Shown here piece after piece: positions 18,780 to 28,096 of a DNA stretch of 63,667 bases (its first letter is position 1; every line of letters starts with the position of its first letter). The stretch comes from Bacillota bacterium (GTDB taxonomy: Bacteria; Bacillota; Desulfitobacteriia; Desulfitobacteriales; JAJXUE01). Where the stretch lies: the NCBI GenBank assembly GCA_021811155.1, contig JAJZPO010000005.1, positions 1-63,667 on the forward strand, in the 5' to 3' direction. Made by a program: the position numbers and the translations under genes. The notes below the pieces were generated by a model that worked only from the letters and a program-made list of their open reading frames with translations, did not search any database and had not been told where the DNA came from.

Positions 18780-19688
18780 TTAGAAAATCCGTTTGCCGAA
18801 GGCAGAGGTGATGAGCCCCACAGCCAATTCGGCAGTTTTGTTGCGGGTATCAAGGATTGGGTTTACTTCGGCCACCTCCAGCGAGGACATGATTCCAGCC
18901 TCAGCCACCAGCTCCATTGCCAGGTGCGCCTCACGGTAATTAATACCTCCCGGCACCGGAGTCCCCACCCCCGGGGCCTCAGACGGGTCAATTACATCCA
19001 TGTCAAAACTCACATGCACTCCGTCTGTACCGTCCGCGGCGATGTCAATGGACCGCCGCATCACTTCTTTCATCCCCAGCTGGTCAATATCGCTCATGGT
19101 AAACACGGTTATCCGGGTCTTTAACAGGGCTTCCCGTTCCTGAGGGTCAAGATTGCGGATGCCGATCAGCACGGTATTTTCCTGGCTGGCCTTGGGACCT
19201 GCGCCGCCGGTCGCGACCAGGCGAGCATCCCCAATGCCCATCCCAACTGAGAGCGGCATGCCGTGGATGTTGCCGCTGCTGGTAGTTTCGGGTGAGTTAA
19301 AATCCCCGTGCGTATCAAACCATAATATCCCCAGCTTTTTCTTTACCCTGCCCATGCCTGCCAGGCTGCCTATCCCGATGCTGTGGTCTCCGCCCAGAAT
19401 CAGAGGGACAAACCCCTCCCCTGCCGCTTCTGCCACCATGTCGCATAACTCCTGGCTGACTTTGAGGATTTCCGGCAGGTACTTCAGCTTGCCGTCCTTG
19501 ATTTCCCTGGTCTCAGGCTGGGGAACATGGATGTTGCCCATATCCTCCACTACCAGCCCCATTCGCAGCAGCTTGGCATTCAGACCCGCATAGCGCATGG
19601 CGCTCGGGCCCATATCCACCCCCCTGCGGTCTGCTCCCAGGTCGATTGGTACGCCAATAATCCTTACTTTCTTGCGCATATCATCCAT
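18780..19688 (-). CDS. rocF: arginase (ureohydrolase family)
   Basis: GGDHSIGIGS, WFDTHGDFNSPETTSSGNIHGMPLS and SFDMDVIDP Mn-binding motifs. Start at ATG 19688, with GGAG 8 nt upstream. Arginase rather than agmatinase is judged from motif flavour and operon context. Confidence 0.8.
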   Translation of the reverse strand: MDDMRKKVRIIGVPIDLGADRRGVDMGPSAMRYAGLNAKLLRMGLVVEDMGNIHVPQPETREIKDGKLKYLPEILKVSQELCDMVAEAAGEGFVPLILGGDHSIGIGSLAGMGRVKKKLGILWFDTHGDFNSPETTSSGNIHGMPLSVGMGIGDARLVATGGAGPKASQENTVLIGIRNLDPQEREALLKTRITVFTMSDIDQLGMKEVMRRSIDIAADGTDGVHVSFDMDVIDPSEAPGVGTPVPGGINYREAHLAMELVAEAGIMSSLEVAEVNPILDTRNKTAELAVGLITSAFGKRIF

Positions 19689-19714
19689 TGTTATCACTTG
19701 TTATCACTCCGGAC

Positions 19715-20785
19715 TCAAAATTCCCTTACCCGTTTGCGCACAAAGGGCGAAGTCATCGCCCCCAGCAGCCCCCCGTAGTTCAGGCCGAATTTCACTGTAT
19801 CCCCGACTTTTATACCCGGTTTTTTGCCCGCATCCAGGATCAAATGATCGCTGCTTGCCCCGATTACCTGAACCCTCTCATCGAGGGGATAGATGCCGTC
19901 CGACGGCACGTCCTGCCGTCCTAAAGCCACTATAGCCCTAATCATTGGGCCCTTGTCTGCGAAATAGGGCACTCGGCCAAATGCATCCTGGCCAACTGTT
20001 CCCCTGGGCAGGGAAGGTTTGACGTGCACTTCAACCACCTCGGCCCTGATAAAAAAGGCATCCTGGTAGGTATCGGGCAAAGGATTGCGGGCAACCGTTT
20101 CCCGCCCGAGCAAAATGCCTTCCCCGATGCGCAGGTGGCTGATGCCCGCTGGAATCTGCCGGTCGAACAAGAGCCCAAGACTGCTGCTGTTTCCCCCTGA
20201 TACCACTTCTAAGTTTGTGCCGGTTTCCCGTTCCACATTCTTCGTCAGTTCCACCAACTGACTAAGGTTTTCCACTGATGGCGCCACTCCGCCGTAGCAT
20301 GCCAGGTTCACCCCCAGACCTCTCAGTCTGAGTCCCCTGTTCTTGCTTACCTGCCGTGCCAGGGGAAGCGCTTCCTTAGGCAGGACGCCTTCCCGCAGGT
20401 CCCCCAGGTCCACCATAATAATTACTCCGTGCAGCTTTCCCTGGTGTTTGGCCTCTTCGCCCAGGGCTGACATAACTTCATATTCCGAGTTGAGACTGGT
20501 TTCAGCCAGTGCGACCGTGTCTTTCACCTGGGACAGTCCCGGAATTCGCAAGAGCATGAGCGGGACCCCCAGGCCTAACCTCCGCAGGTGCTCCAGGTTT
20601 TCCAGCCTTGAATCGGCCAGTTCCGCGACTCCCCCGGCCACCATAGCCCGGGCCACCGCCTCATGCGCCAGGCAGGCCTTGGTCACCCCCGCGACTTTGA
20701 TATTGTGGGCTGCTGCCTTCTCACACACGACCCGGGCATTGTGAGTAAGCTTGGCCAGATCGATGACAATTTCCGGGTAACCCAA
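19715..20785 (-). CDS. orr: ornithine racemase (alanine-racemase-fold PLP enzyme)
   Basis: Alanine-racemase N-domain (KVAGVTKA PLP-lysine region), ~356 aa like Orr, located in the ornithine operon. Start at TTG 20785 with GAGGAAGGGA RBS. The longest ORF starts at 20833. Confidence 0.7.
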   Translation of the reverse strand: MGYPEIVIDLAKLTHNARVVCEKAAAHNIKVAGVTKACLAHEAVARAMVAGGVAELADSRLENLEHLRRLGLGVPLMLLRIPGLSQVKDTVALAETSLNSEYEVMSALGEEAKHQGKLHGVIIMVDLGDLREGVLPKEALPLARQVSKNRGLRLRGLGVNLACYGGVAPSVENLSQLVELTKNVERETGTNLEVVSGGNSSSLGLLFDRQIPAGISHLRIGEGILLGRETVARNPLPDTYQDAFFIRAEVVEVHVKPSLPRGTVGQDAFGRVPYFADKGPMIRAIVALGRQDVPSDGIYPLDERVQVIGASSDHLILDAGKKPGIKVGDTVKFGLNYGGLLGAMTSPFVRKRVREF

Positions 20786-20841
20786 GGTGATCCCTTCCTC
20801 TCTGTCCAAAGAGCATCCCAAAATGACCCTCAACTGAGACC

Positions 20842-20952
20842 GTTCAAAAACAAGTATAGCGCGAAGTCATGCCTGCCGGCACCGGAGGCGTGCTAAACGC
20901 ACGTTGAGGATGCCGGTAGGTATGGCGACAAAGCTAGACGCAGTTTTTCAAC
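20842..20952 (+). repeat. rod-shaped hairpin element, copy A (stem extends to 20835-20959)
   Basis: GTTCAAAAACAAGTATAGCGCGAAG...GGCGACAAAGCTAGACGCAGTTTTTCAAC fills the whole gap between the reactivase gene and orr. A 14-bp inner stem and an apical CGTGC/GCACG hairpin are visible. Confidence 0.8.
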
Positions 20953-20956
20953 GGTC

Positions 20957-22318
20957 TCACCTCTCGATCCCCATGCTCTCCCGCATCAGGTAAGTCGCCC
21001 CGGTCCTGTGGCGGCGGGCCAGAACACCAAGGGAAGCAAAAATATAGTAGTTATCCAGCAAAACCGCCGCAGTCCGGCGGGGCAGCAGTTCCTTCGCCTG
21101 GTCTGAGGTAACAGACTGCAGAATTTCCGCTCCTCCGGGCAGACGGGTCAGCGCTCCGCCTGTGCCGATAACAAACTTGACTTTGGTCAGGTCTTTCCCT
21201 TCGGCCAGGGTGATCCTGCCGCCGGGCCCGTAGGTAGTTATGAGCCGGCCGGCGTGGCGTTTTACAGCCACCTCCACAGCCTTGGCTGTAAGTTCACGGC
21301 TCATGGCAATTTCCTCATCTGACTCCGGCACAGGCTTGATTAGCCCGGTAAAGCCGCCTCCGTAGCGGGAGGCCAGGCTCTCTTTCCCTATTAGTTCTGT
21401 CAAGTGGGGAGCATTTACATATACCCCCAGGTCCCCTTCCACTGTCCGCTTGGCGACAGGTTCCGGCCCAGTGGAGATTTTACTGATTTCCTCCGCCCCT
21501 TCCGTCACCGAGTGGACATCCGTGGTGGCTCCACCCACGTCCACCACCATCAGATCGCCGATTTCCGCATAAAGCTCCCTGGCTCCCTGCATAACCGCGC
21601 CTGGGGTCGGCATAATCTCACCCAGGACCTTTTCCCTTATTCTGCTCATGCCGGGGGCCTGTGTGATATGCTTTTCAAACACCCGCTGGATTGCTTTTCG
21701 GGTCGGCTCCACATTAAGCTGATCGATGTTTGGATACACATTTTCCACCAGAGATATTTCCATTCCCCTGGCCCGGAAAATCCCTTCGACCTCCTGCGCG
21801 GCTGCAGTATTGCCGGCATAAATCACCGGTGTTTCTGTTTTCCTTTTCTCCAGGGCCTGGCTGAGAACCCGGGCATTGTGGAGCACAACCTCCTTATCCC
21901 CGTAGTCGACCCCGCCCGAGAGCAGAATGATATTAGGCCCAACTGCGAAGATTTGGCCCAGATCCGCCTCTCCCAGCTTGCCCGCCGTTGCCAGACGGAG
22001 TACTGCCCCCGCCCCCAGTGCCGCTTCCCTGGCCGCCTTGACCGTCATATCGTAAACGAGGCCGTGGACCGTCATCTTCAAGCCGCCTGCAGCCGAGCTG
22101 GTGGCATAAAACCCGTCATAATTCAGTTCTTCCCCCAGCCGGTCCCGCAGTTGCTCTAAGGCCTGGTTCAGCCCCAGCAGCACATCTCCGCGGGATACAC
22201 TGGTGGGGGCAAAGCCCTGGCCGACAAAGCAGGGGTTTTCCCCGTCCAAGCCGGTAAAGGCGTTAACCACGGTTGTTGTGCTGCCAATCTCCGCCACGAG
22301 GGTAGTAGCCATGCCCAT
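20957..22318 (-). CDS. GlmL/MutL-like aminomutase reactivase (acetate/sugar-kinase fold ATPase)
   Basis: MATTLVAEIGSTTTVVNAF is typical of the methylaspartate-mutase accessory protein family. ATGA start/stop overlap with oraE at 22318. Confidence 0.7.
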   Translation of the reverse strand: MGMATTLVAEIGSTTTVVNAFTGLDGENPCFVGQGFAPTSVSRGDVLLGLNQALEQLRDRLGEELNYDGFYATSSAAGGLKMTVHGLVYDMTVKAAREAALGAGAVLRLATAGKLGEADLGQIFAVGPNIILLSGGVDYGDKEVVLHNARVLSQALEKRKTETPVIYAGNTAAAQEVEGIFRARGMEISLVENVYPNIDQLNVEPTRKAIQRVFEKHITQAPGMSRIREKVLGEIMPTPGAVMQGARELYAEIGDLMVVDVGGATTDVHSVTEGAEEISKISTGPEPVAKRTVEGDLGVYVNAPHLTELIGKESLASRYGGGFTGLIKPVPESDEEIAMSRELTAKAVEVAVKRHAGRLITTYGPGGRITLAEGKDLTKVKFVIGTGGALTRLPGGAEILQSVTSDQAKELLPRRTAAVLLDNYYIFASLGVLARRHRTGATYLMRESMGIER

Positions 22319-24522
22319 CACCCTTTTTGCGCCATTTCCCGTCTCTTTTGCACCAAGAAAGTAGCCACCTGGATTCCCTTGGCGCCCCGGCCAAAACCGG
22401 CGTCCAGGCCGCACTCCCGGGCCATCTCATCATTGATTTGGGTGCCGCCGCACACCAGAATTACTTTGTTGCGTATTCCCTTTTCCACGCACAGTTCGTG
22501 CAGCCGGCGCATCTGAATGCGGTGGATGTCGGCGTGGGTGATGATGGTGCTTATAAGGATAGCCTGAGCGCCTGTTTCCATTGCCGCATCCACCACCTTG
22601 TTCACGGGTACCGATGTTCCCAGGTAGTGGGGCTTAAAGCCCAATCCCTCTATCCCGCCGTGTTTGATGTCGATAATTTCCCTTAAGCCCACGGAATGTT
22701 CATCTTCGCCTACCGTGGCTGCCACCAGCCGAAACTCCTCTGAGGCCAGATCCTGCCTGATTTCCTCCGCGCTCAAAAGTTTCTCCTCCGGCGGCAGGAC
22801 CAGACCGGCGGGGTCAATCGCAAAGGGAACACGGCCTTTCAGCTCGAGGAGTGTTCCTTCCGCCGGGTGCATTACCTGCCTGTGAATAATTTCCGCCTCT
22901 TCCAGGTTCATCTTTTTCGCGATCTCCAGAGCCGCAGCCTCAGCCGTACGCTGCTCCGCCGGCAGGAACATGGTTACCTGCACAATTCCATCCCCGGCCC
23001 ATTCCACTTCCGGCTTGATAAGTTCCCGGCGGAAAGGCCTGTTTGCTTCCAGACGCTGTGAAGCATTATCTTCCTCGTCTAATTCGTCGATATATTGTAT
23101 TTTTTCCGGCCGGCACAGGGTACATCCTTCTATGCCGTCACACGCCTTGCGCTTTGCTTCCGCGGGCAGGTTGTTATGCCCGAAATGGCCGCATACGGGC
23201 GCAAAATAATCTTCATCCCGGGGGACTGCGCTGCCGGCCCCGACGCCTGCTTCGGGCAGGCGGGAGATTCCGTCACCGTTCCTCTCGGGGTAGCAGCCGG
23301 AATCTACAAAAAACCCCGCGTTTACCGCCTCGAAGTACCCCCCCGCCGAGAGGATTTCCTCCAGGAAAAGGACCGCCCTCTCCTTAAGTTCCCGGGCCTT
23401 GCTGCCCAGATAACCGTCCTTTTTGATGCCGACCATTTCCCGCAATCCATCAAGTCCTACCAGAGCCTGCTTGGCCGTGTTAACGGCGTGGACTGAATTA
23501 AAATGCCAGGGCACGTTTCGCCCTTCATCAGGTGTGATAGTGCTCTGGATGTCCGCTGATGTGAGCCGTGACAACAGGACGTTCAGGGTATGAGTGACCG
23601 TAACTTCCCTGGTGTCTGATTCCATGTACTTGGTGTTCATCTGGGCCCGCATCCGATAGCCCGCAAATAAGTCCCGCAATGCGGCAGCATAGGGTAGATC
23701 CAGCTTCAGGGCCGGCGCAGGCGGGGCCGTGGGCGGGACGGTAGAGAGGCAGATCAATTCCCTGGGCATGCCTGCCCCCTCGGAGTAGGCACAGTTGATG
23801 GCATGCTGCACCAATAGCTCAGGCATGACCTTCCAAGCTTCCCTGGCCGTGGCGTTTGCATTGTGAGCTCCGTCAATCTGAGCCATGCCTGCTCCAGCCA
23901 TCAGGGTCTTGGCTTCCGCCGCATCCACAAAGGAGCGGACCATGTTGACATTGCGGTACAGGACATTGTACTGAGGGTCCTGATGCGCCCCGTTTACACC
24001 TTCCTCAGCAAACAGGACCGCCACTTCCGGCCCCGCAACCCCGCTCACATAGGAGTGGAGGTTGATCGGCCTGCCCACTTCATCCTCAATTAAGTCCAAG
24101 GCCTTGCGAGTTGCCCGGATTTGCTTGCGGCTTATGGGCACTCCGCCGACCCCCTCGGGTGTCCCCTCAATCAGGCCGTCAAAATGGCTCTGCCCCGCTG
24201 TACGGATGACCATGATGTGGTCCGCGCCGTGCCACGCCGCCATGCGCATGCGGCGCAGGTCGTCTTCAAACCTGCCGGATGCAATCTCACTGGTAATGGT
24301 GCATTCAGGCTGGGGGTCAATGCCGCCAAAATACTTGGCAGCAGGCAAAGAGCCTCCCTCTGCCAGGGAAGGTGATGTCTGACTGTACGTAAAAGCCCCC
24401 AGCTCCTGTTCCGGCAGGCGTTTGCGCCAGGTCCAGCCTTTGCGCCGGGGCCGGTAACTCTCCAGGCCTTCCAGAACCTTTTCCACATCAAGCTTCTGTT
24501 GGGGATCCAACTTAATTTTCAC
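22318..24522 (-). CDS. oraE: D-ornithine 4,5-aminomutase, large (beta, B12/PLP-binding) subunit
   Basis: 734 aa with a C-terminal B12-binding domain carrying DxHxxG (DEHSVG). Follows oraS with a GTGA overlap. Confidence 0.85.
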   Translation of the reverse strand: MKIKLDPQQKLDVEKVLEGLESYRPRRKGWTWRKRLPEQELGAFTYSQTSPSLAEGGSLPAAKYFGGIDPQPECTITSEIASGRFEDDLRRMRMAAWHGADHIMVIRTAGQSHFDGLIEGTPEGVGGVPISRKQIRATRKALDLIEDEVGRPINLHSYVSGVAGPEVAVLFAEEGVNGAHQDPQYNVLYRNVNMVRSFVDAAEAKTLMAGAGMAQIDGAHNANATAREAWKVMPELLVQHAINCAYSEGAGMPRELICLSTVPPTAPPAPALKLDLPYAAALRDLFAGYRMRAQMNTKYMESDTREVTVTHTLNVLLSRLTSADIQSTITPDEGRNVPWHFNSVHAVNTAKQALVGLDGLREMVGIKKDGYLGSKARELKERAVLFLEEILSAGGYFEAVNAGFFVDSGCYPERNGDGISRLPEAGVGAGSAVPRDEDYFAPVCGHFGHNNLPAEAKRKACDGIEGCTLCRPEKIQYIDELDEEDNASQRLEANRPFRRELIKPEVEWAGDGIVQVTMFLPAEQRTAEAAALEIAKKMNLEEAEIIHRQVMHPAEGTLLELKGRVPFAIDPAGLVLPPEEKLLSAEEIRQDLASEEFRLVAATVGEDEHSVGLREIIDIKHGGIEGLGFKPHYLGTSVPVNKVVDAAMETGAQAILISTIITHADIHRIQMRRLHELCVEKGIRNKVILVCGGTQINDEMARECGLDAGFGRGAKGIQVATFLVQKRREMAQKG

Positions 24523-24887
24523 TCACGCTGCCTCCCTGCAAACCACGCTTTGGCTTCATCCCAGTACTTGTCCCCGGCCAGCCCCAAACCTGCCTCCCGC
24601 AGGGGAATACCTTTCAGGCGCGAGATCCGCCAGACCACGTGTCCCGCTCCTTTGCCCAGGAGGCCGTGCTCCAGGCACTTGGCTGCAATTGCCTGGGACT
24701 CCAGGCTGGAAAAACCCATACGCAGCAAAACCGAGCGCTCGATAGAGGGGGAAGTGTGGGTTTTGGCCAATTCCAGGAGCGGTTCCGCCACTTCCCGGGC
24801 CAGCTGCCAAAACCTTTCTTTCAGTTGTTCATCGCTAAGTCCTGCCAGTTCCTTGCGCCTGGCTGCAAAATCATCAGTTCTGGCCAC
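24519..24887 (-). CDS. oraS: D-ornithine 4,5-aminomutase, small (alpha) subunit
   Basis: 122 aa, with OraS-like size, sequence and position. GTG start with GGGAGGGA RBS. Confidence 0.8.
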   Translation of the reverse strand: MARTDDFAARRKELAGLSDEQLKERFWQLAREVAEPLLELAKTHTSPSIERSVLLRMGFSSLESQAIAAKCLEHGLLGKGAGHVVWRISRLKGIPLREAGLGLAGDKYWDEAKAWFAGRQRE

Positions 24888-26319
24888 GGCCGGTCCCTCC
24901 CGTAATAATACCCATTGCTGCCAGTTCCTGTTTCACCCAATCCAGGCTTCCCCCGCAGTCTTCAGCCAGGAATTCCAAGTCAGCCTGGGTAATCCTGGCG
25001 TCAGGCAGCAGAGCGGCGGCGTTTTTAAGATAAGAGCGCCTGGCCCGGGTTAAATCTACATCCTGAATCTTGATCTGTCCGGGATGGTTAGGTATCACAA
25101 TCCGTCGGCCCGGGATATTTTCCGCCGGATCTCCCCGTGTGATTTCAATGCCGTTGCTGCGGGCAAAAGTGAGCTGGGAGTTAGGATGTTTTCCTGCCCC
25201 GGTGTATTCGGTCTCCTGCACCACCAGTATCTGATCTTCATCCATTTCCCGGGCCAGGGCAAAGGCGGCGGTCAGGGAGGTGTTCCCGGCCGGGCCGCGT
25301 TCCAGCCCTTCCAGCGCCGCCAAAGCTTCCGTCATGTAAAACACTTCTCCCTGGGTAACTGTGACATAGCGGTCCAGGTAGCGCAGAGGCCTTGCCGCGT
25401 TCCGGGGCACGTCCGCCCGGTCGGGCCAGGTGGCAAAGGGCAGCCCGAAACCCGTATGGCCGGTGGTAAAGGATTTGCGGTTGAAATCGTGGTCGCTGGC
25501 CATGTGGAGTCCTTTCAGGTCCACACTCGCCCCAATTACTTTGGTACTCTTACACCCTGCCTTTGCCAGCCCCCGGGCCGTGCCGGTAACATTTCCTCCC
25601 CCGGCGTGAGTCACCACCACAGCATCCGGGTCCCGCCCCGCCAGCTCTCTCACCTGCCCGGCCAGTTCCCAGCCCAGGGTCTCCACTCCGGCTATGCCAA
25701 ACGGTGTATAAAGCGAAGCGTTGAAATAGCCTGTTTCCTCTAACAGTACCAGGAAATAATAGAAGAGTTCGGGTCCTACTGTAAGCTGTACCACTTCAGC
25801 GCCGTAAGCTTCACAGGCCCGCCCCTTTTCCAGAATCTCCGGCTGCCCCACACCCCTGCTGTCAAAAACCTCCTGTACAATGATGCAGTTCAGTCCCCGC
25901 ATGGCGGCCTGGGAAGCAACGGCCGCGCCGTAGTTTCCGCTGGTTGCGGCAATTACGCCCCGGTAGCCGTTTCTTTGGGCGTGATAGATGGAGATGGCAG
26001 CGCGTCTGGCCTTGAAACTGCCCGAGGGATTAGCTGCCTCATCCTTAACAAAAATCCTGGCCCCTTTGCCCTTAGGCGCAAGCTTACGGGCCAGAGCGGT
26101 GAGATTCCTCATCTCCAAGAGCGGGGTATTGCCCACTCCTGTCTCCCTTTGAATCTTGGCCATTTCCTCGATGCTGTAAGCCGCCTGGCGCATCATCCCC
26201 TCATAGTCAAACCCCAGGGCGCCGCGCGAGAACTGCTCATAATCTATGCCTACAGCCTTTTTGACAATGTCCAGCTTGCGGTCCATCACCGCTTGGTAAC
26301 CCATGTCAGCCAACCTCAC
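24874..26319 (-). CDS. ortB: 2-amino-4-ketopentanoate thiolase, beta (PLP) subunit
   Basis: 481 aa, tryptophan-synthase-beta-fold PLP enzyme (NPSGSFKARRA). Start may be 6-15 nt downstream (TTG 26313 or ATG 26304). Confidence 0.8.
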   Translation of the reverse strand: MRLADMGYQAVMDRKLDIVKKAVGIDYEQFSRGALGFDYEGMMRQAAYSIEEMAKIQRETGVGNTPLLEMRNLTALARKLAPKGKGARIFVKDEAANPSGSFKARRAAISIYHAQRNGYRGVIAATSGNYGAAVASQAAMRGLNCIIVQEVFDSRGVGQPEILEKGRACEAYGAEVVQLTVGPELFYYFLVLLEETGYFNASLYTPFGIAGVETLGWELAGQVRELAGRDPDAVVVTHAGGGNVTGTARGLAKAGCKSTKVIGASVDLKGLHMASDHDFNRKSFTTGHTGFGLPFATWPDRADVPRNAARPLRYLDRYVTVTQGEVFYMTEALAALEGLERGPAGNTSLTAAFALAREMDEDQILVVQETEYTGAGKHPNSQLTFARSNGIEITRGDPAENIPGRRIVIPNHPGQIKIQDVDLTRARRSYLKNAAALLPDARITQADLEFLAEDCGGSLDWVKQELAAMGIITGGTGRGQN

Positions 26320-26620
26320 TGCCTCCCTTCAGCAGGGTCCTGAGTTCCTGGCAAATCTCAAGCAGCTCCGGCTGGGGTTCACCAAAGTTGTGGGTATATG
26401 CGGGCAGCACTCCTGCAAGTCGCCCCCTCACCGTCCGTCCCGTCACTGTTTTGATTGAAACTTCTTTCCCTGTTTCGCCGGCAGCCTCGGTCAGGAAGCC
26501 CTTAACCCACATCTCCAGCGGCACTTTTTGGGTATCTTCCGGCACCTGGGGCGCCCGCTCCCCTGCCGCAAGCACCACCCTGTAGACCTGAACCCAGTCT
26601 CCTTGTTTGGCGCTTCCCAT
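26306..26620 (-). CDS. ortA: 2-amino-4-ketopentanoate thiolase, alpha subunit
   Basis: 104 aa. The KQGDWVQVYRVVLAAGERAPQVPEDTQKVPLEMWVKGFL region is typical of OrtA. Confidence 0.8.
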   Translation of the reverse strand: MGSAKQGDWVQVYRVVLAAGERAPQVPEDTQKVPLEMWVKGFLTEAAGETGKEVSIKTVTGRTVRGRLAGVLPAYTHNFGEPQPELLEICQELRTLLKGGSEVG

Positions 26621-27676
26621 CTATTTTCGTCCCCCCCGCATTTCCACCAGGCGGCGCACATCACCCGCCAGAGCGGCCGGCACTGGCAAATCAGCCATGC
26701 TCAGAAGTCCCACCGGCGCTGTAATCACCTGGGGAATCATGTTGACTGCCATAGCCATGGTCCCCAAGCCGCCAGGAATTTCCGGCTGTATTTTCACGCT
26801 TATATCCGGCTCTCCTTCAATATTTATGTAGTCTCCCGTTTCTACTCCCTCCAATTGAGGCAGTATCTGCTGGGGATGAATCAGTTCAATCAGGACCCGC
26901 CCCTTTGACAGTCCCCGGGCGGTGTGCCTGCAGCCGGCCACCTGCCCCGGTTCCACCACAGCATAGGCCGTCTGCCGCCGCACTTTCGAAAGAATAGGCT
27001 CCCTGGTTTCCCTGACTTCGTCAATGTCCCAGCCCAGGGCCCGGGCAATCATGGCGATGGACTGTTGAAAACCCACATGGCCCACAATTTTCCCGCTGGC
27101 CAGTCCGGCTTCGAATTCCTCAGGTGTGGTCCCAACTCCTTGGGTGGCCATAACCGTTGGCCCGAAGGGGGACAGATCATTTATACGCGAGGCTGTTATT
27201 TTGTTAACCCTGAGGCATGGCCCTGTCAGGGCGATTACCAGGGTATCCAGCACGAATCCCGGGTTAATGCCGGTACCCAGGACGGAGACCCCTCTGGTTT
27301 TGGCAATTTCATCAATCTGAGCTGCCAGCTTCTCTTCCCCGGCAGCCGGAAAGGCCATTTCCTCAGCGATGGTGATTACATTCAGACCCGCTTCAGCAGA
27401 GACTTTAATTTGATTGAATACTTCCTTGGTAAAGGAGGAAGTAGCAATAACCACAATGTCTGCAGAGGGAAAGCCACCCCCATTCCGGGGTGGTTCGGTT
27501 ACGACCACGTCTAATTTCCCCGTTAAATTCAACACGTCAGCCAGGTCCCGGCCGAGCTTGCCGGGATCACGGTCAAATGCGCCAACGCTCGATAAACCGG
27601 CCTTTTCGTTTACCAGCCGGGCTATGCCTCTTCCCATGGCGCCCAAACCCCAGTGAACTACTCTGATTGCGTCCAT
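26621..27676 (-). CDS. ord: 2,4-diaminopentanoate dehydrogenase
   Basis: 351 aa with a DapB-like NAD(P) domain (VVHWGLGAMGRG). First gene of the operon. Confidence 0.8.
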   Translation of the reverse strand: MDAIRVVHWGLGAMGRGIARLVNEKAGLSSVGAFDRDPGKLGRDLADVLNLTGKLDVVVTEPPRNGGGFPSADIVVIATSSFTKEVFNQIKVSAEAGLNVITIAEEMAFPAAGEEKLAAQIDEIAKTRGVSVLGTGINPGFVLDTLVIALTGPCLRVNKITASRINDLSPFGPTVMATQGVGTTPEEFEAGLASGKIVGHVGFQQSIAMIARALGWDIDEVRETREPILSKVRRQTAYAVVEPGQVAGCRHTARGLSKGRVLIELIHPQQILPQLEGVETGDYINIEGEPDISVKIQPEIPGGLGTMAMAVNMIPQVITAPVGLLSMADLPVPAALAGDVRRLVEMRGGRK

Positions 27677-27829
27677 CTTTCCCTTCTTTACCTCTTTCCA
27701 CCTGTATATTTTACCTGTTTATTTTCACCACCCTGACTGGTTTTGATGTGTCCGGGTGCGGGGTGCTTTTTGTATACTTTGTACTTAAGAGTATTGGATA
27801 TTGCTCGACTAAATCCTTCCTGTTGCGCC

Positions 27830-27857
27830 AATAAAAGAACCCCTCAAAAAGGGGTTT
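27830..27857 (-). terminator. intrinsic terminator (probable end of the cwlD transcript)
   Basis: The minus strand reads AACCCCT-ttttg-AGGGGTT followed by CTTTTATT. It lies 270 nt beyond the cwlD stop. Confidence 0.6.
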
Positions 27858-27928
27858 ATCTCGAGCTGGTCCGATGTCTTGACATTCTCATTCTGCCCTG
27901 AAAGAAGCGTTTTTGGCCTGCTCGGGTC

Positions 27929-28018
27929 GAATTTTCTTTCTGCTCCGTTCAGCAGACTACGTCGCCTAGCATGCTTTTCGGCTCCTCCGTAATGCTTCTC
28001 TGCGCAGAAAGAAAATTC
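27929..28018. repeat. perfect 15-bp inverted repeat with 60-nt spacer
   Basis: GAATTTTCTTTCTGC (27929-27943) pairs with GCAGAAAGAAAATTC (28004-28018). The pair is bracketed by the 18-nt direct repeat CTTGACA[T/C]TCTCATTCTG at 27878 and 28089. Confidence 0.75.
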
Positions 28019-28069
28019 ACCCTTGAGCTAGCGGCCTGTTTCATTCATCAGAGGAGTGTCAATGGAGGA

Positions 28070-28096
28070 GTGTCAGGGGGACAGTCCCCTTGACAC
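28070..28096. repeat. GTGTCA-GGGGAC palindrome (family member)
   Basis: GTGTCAGGGGGAC-A-GTCCCCTTGACAC, preceded by half-site duplications GGAGTGTCAA and GGAGTGTCAGG. Confidence 0.8.
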
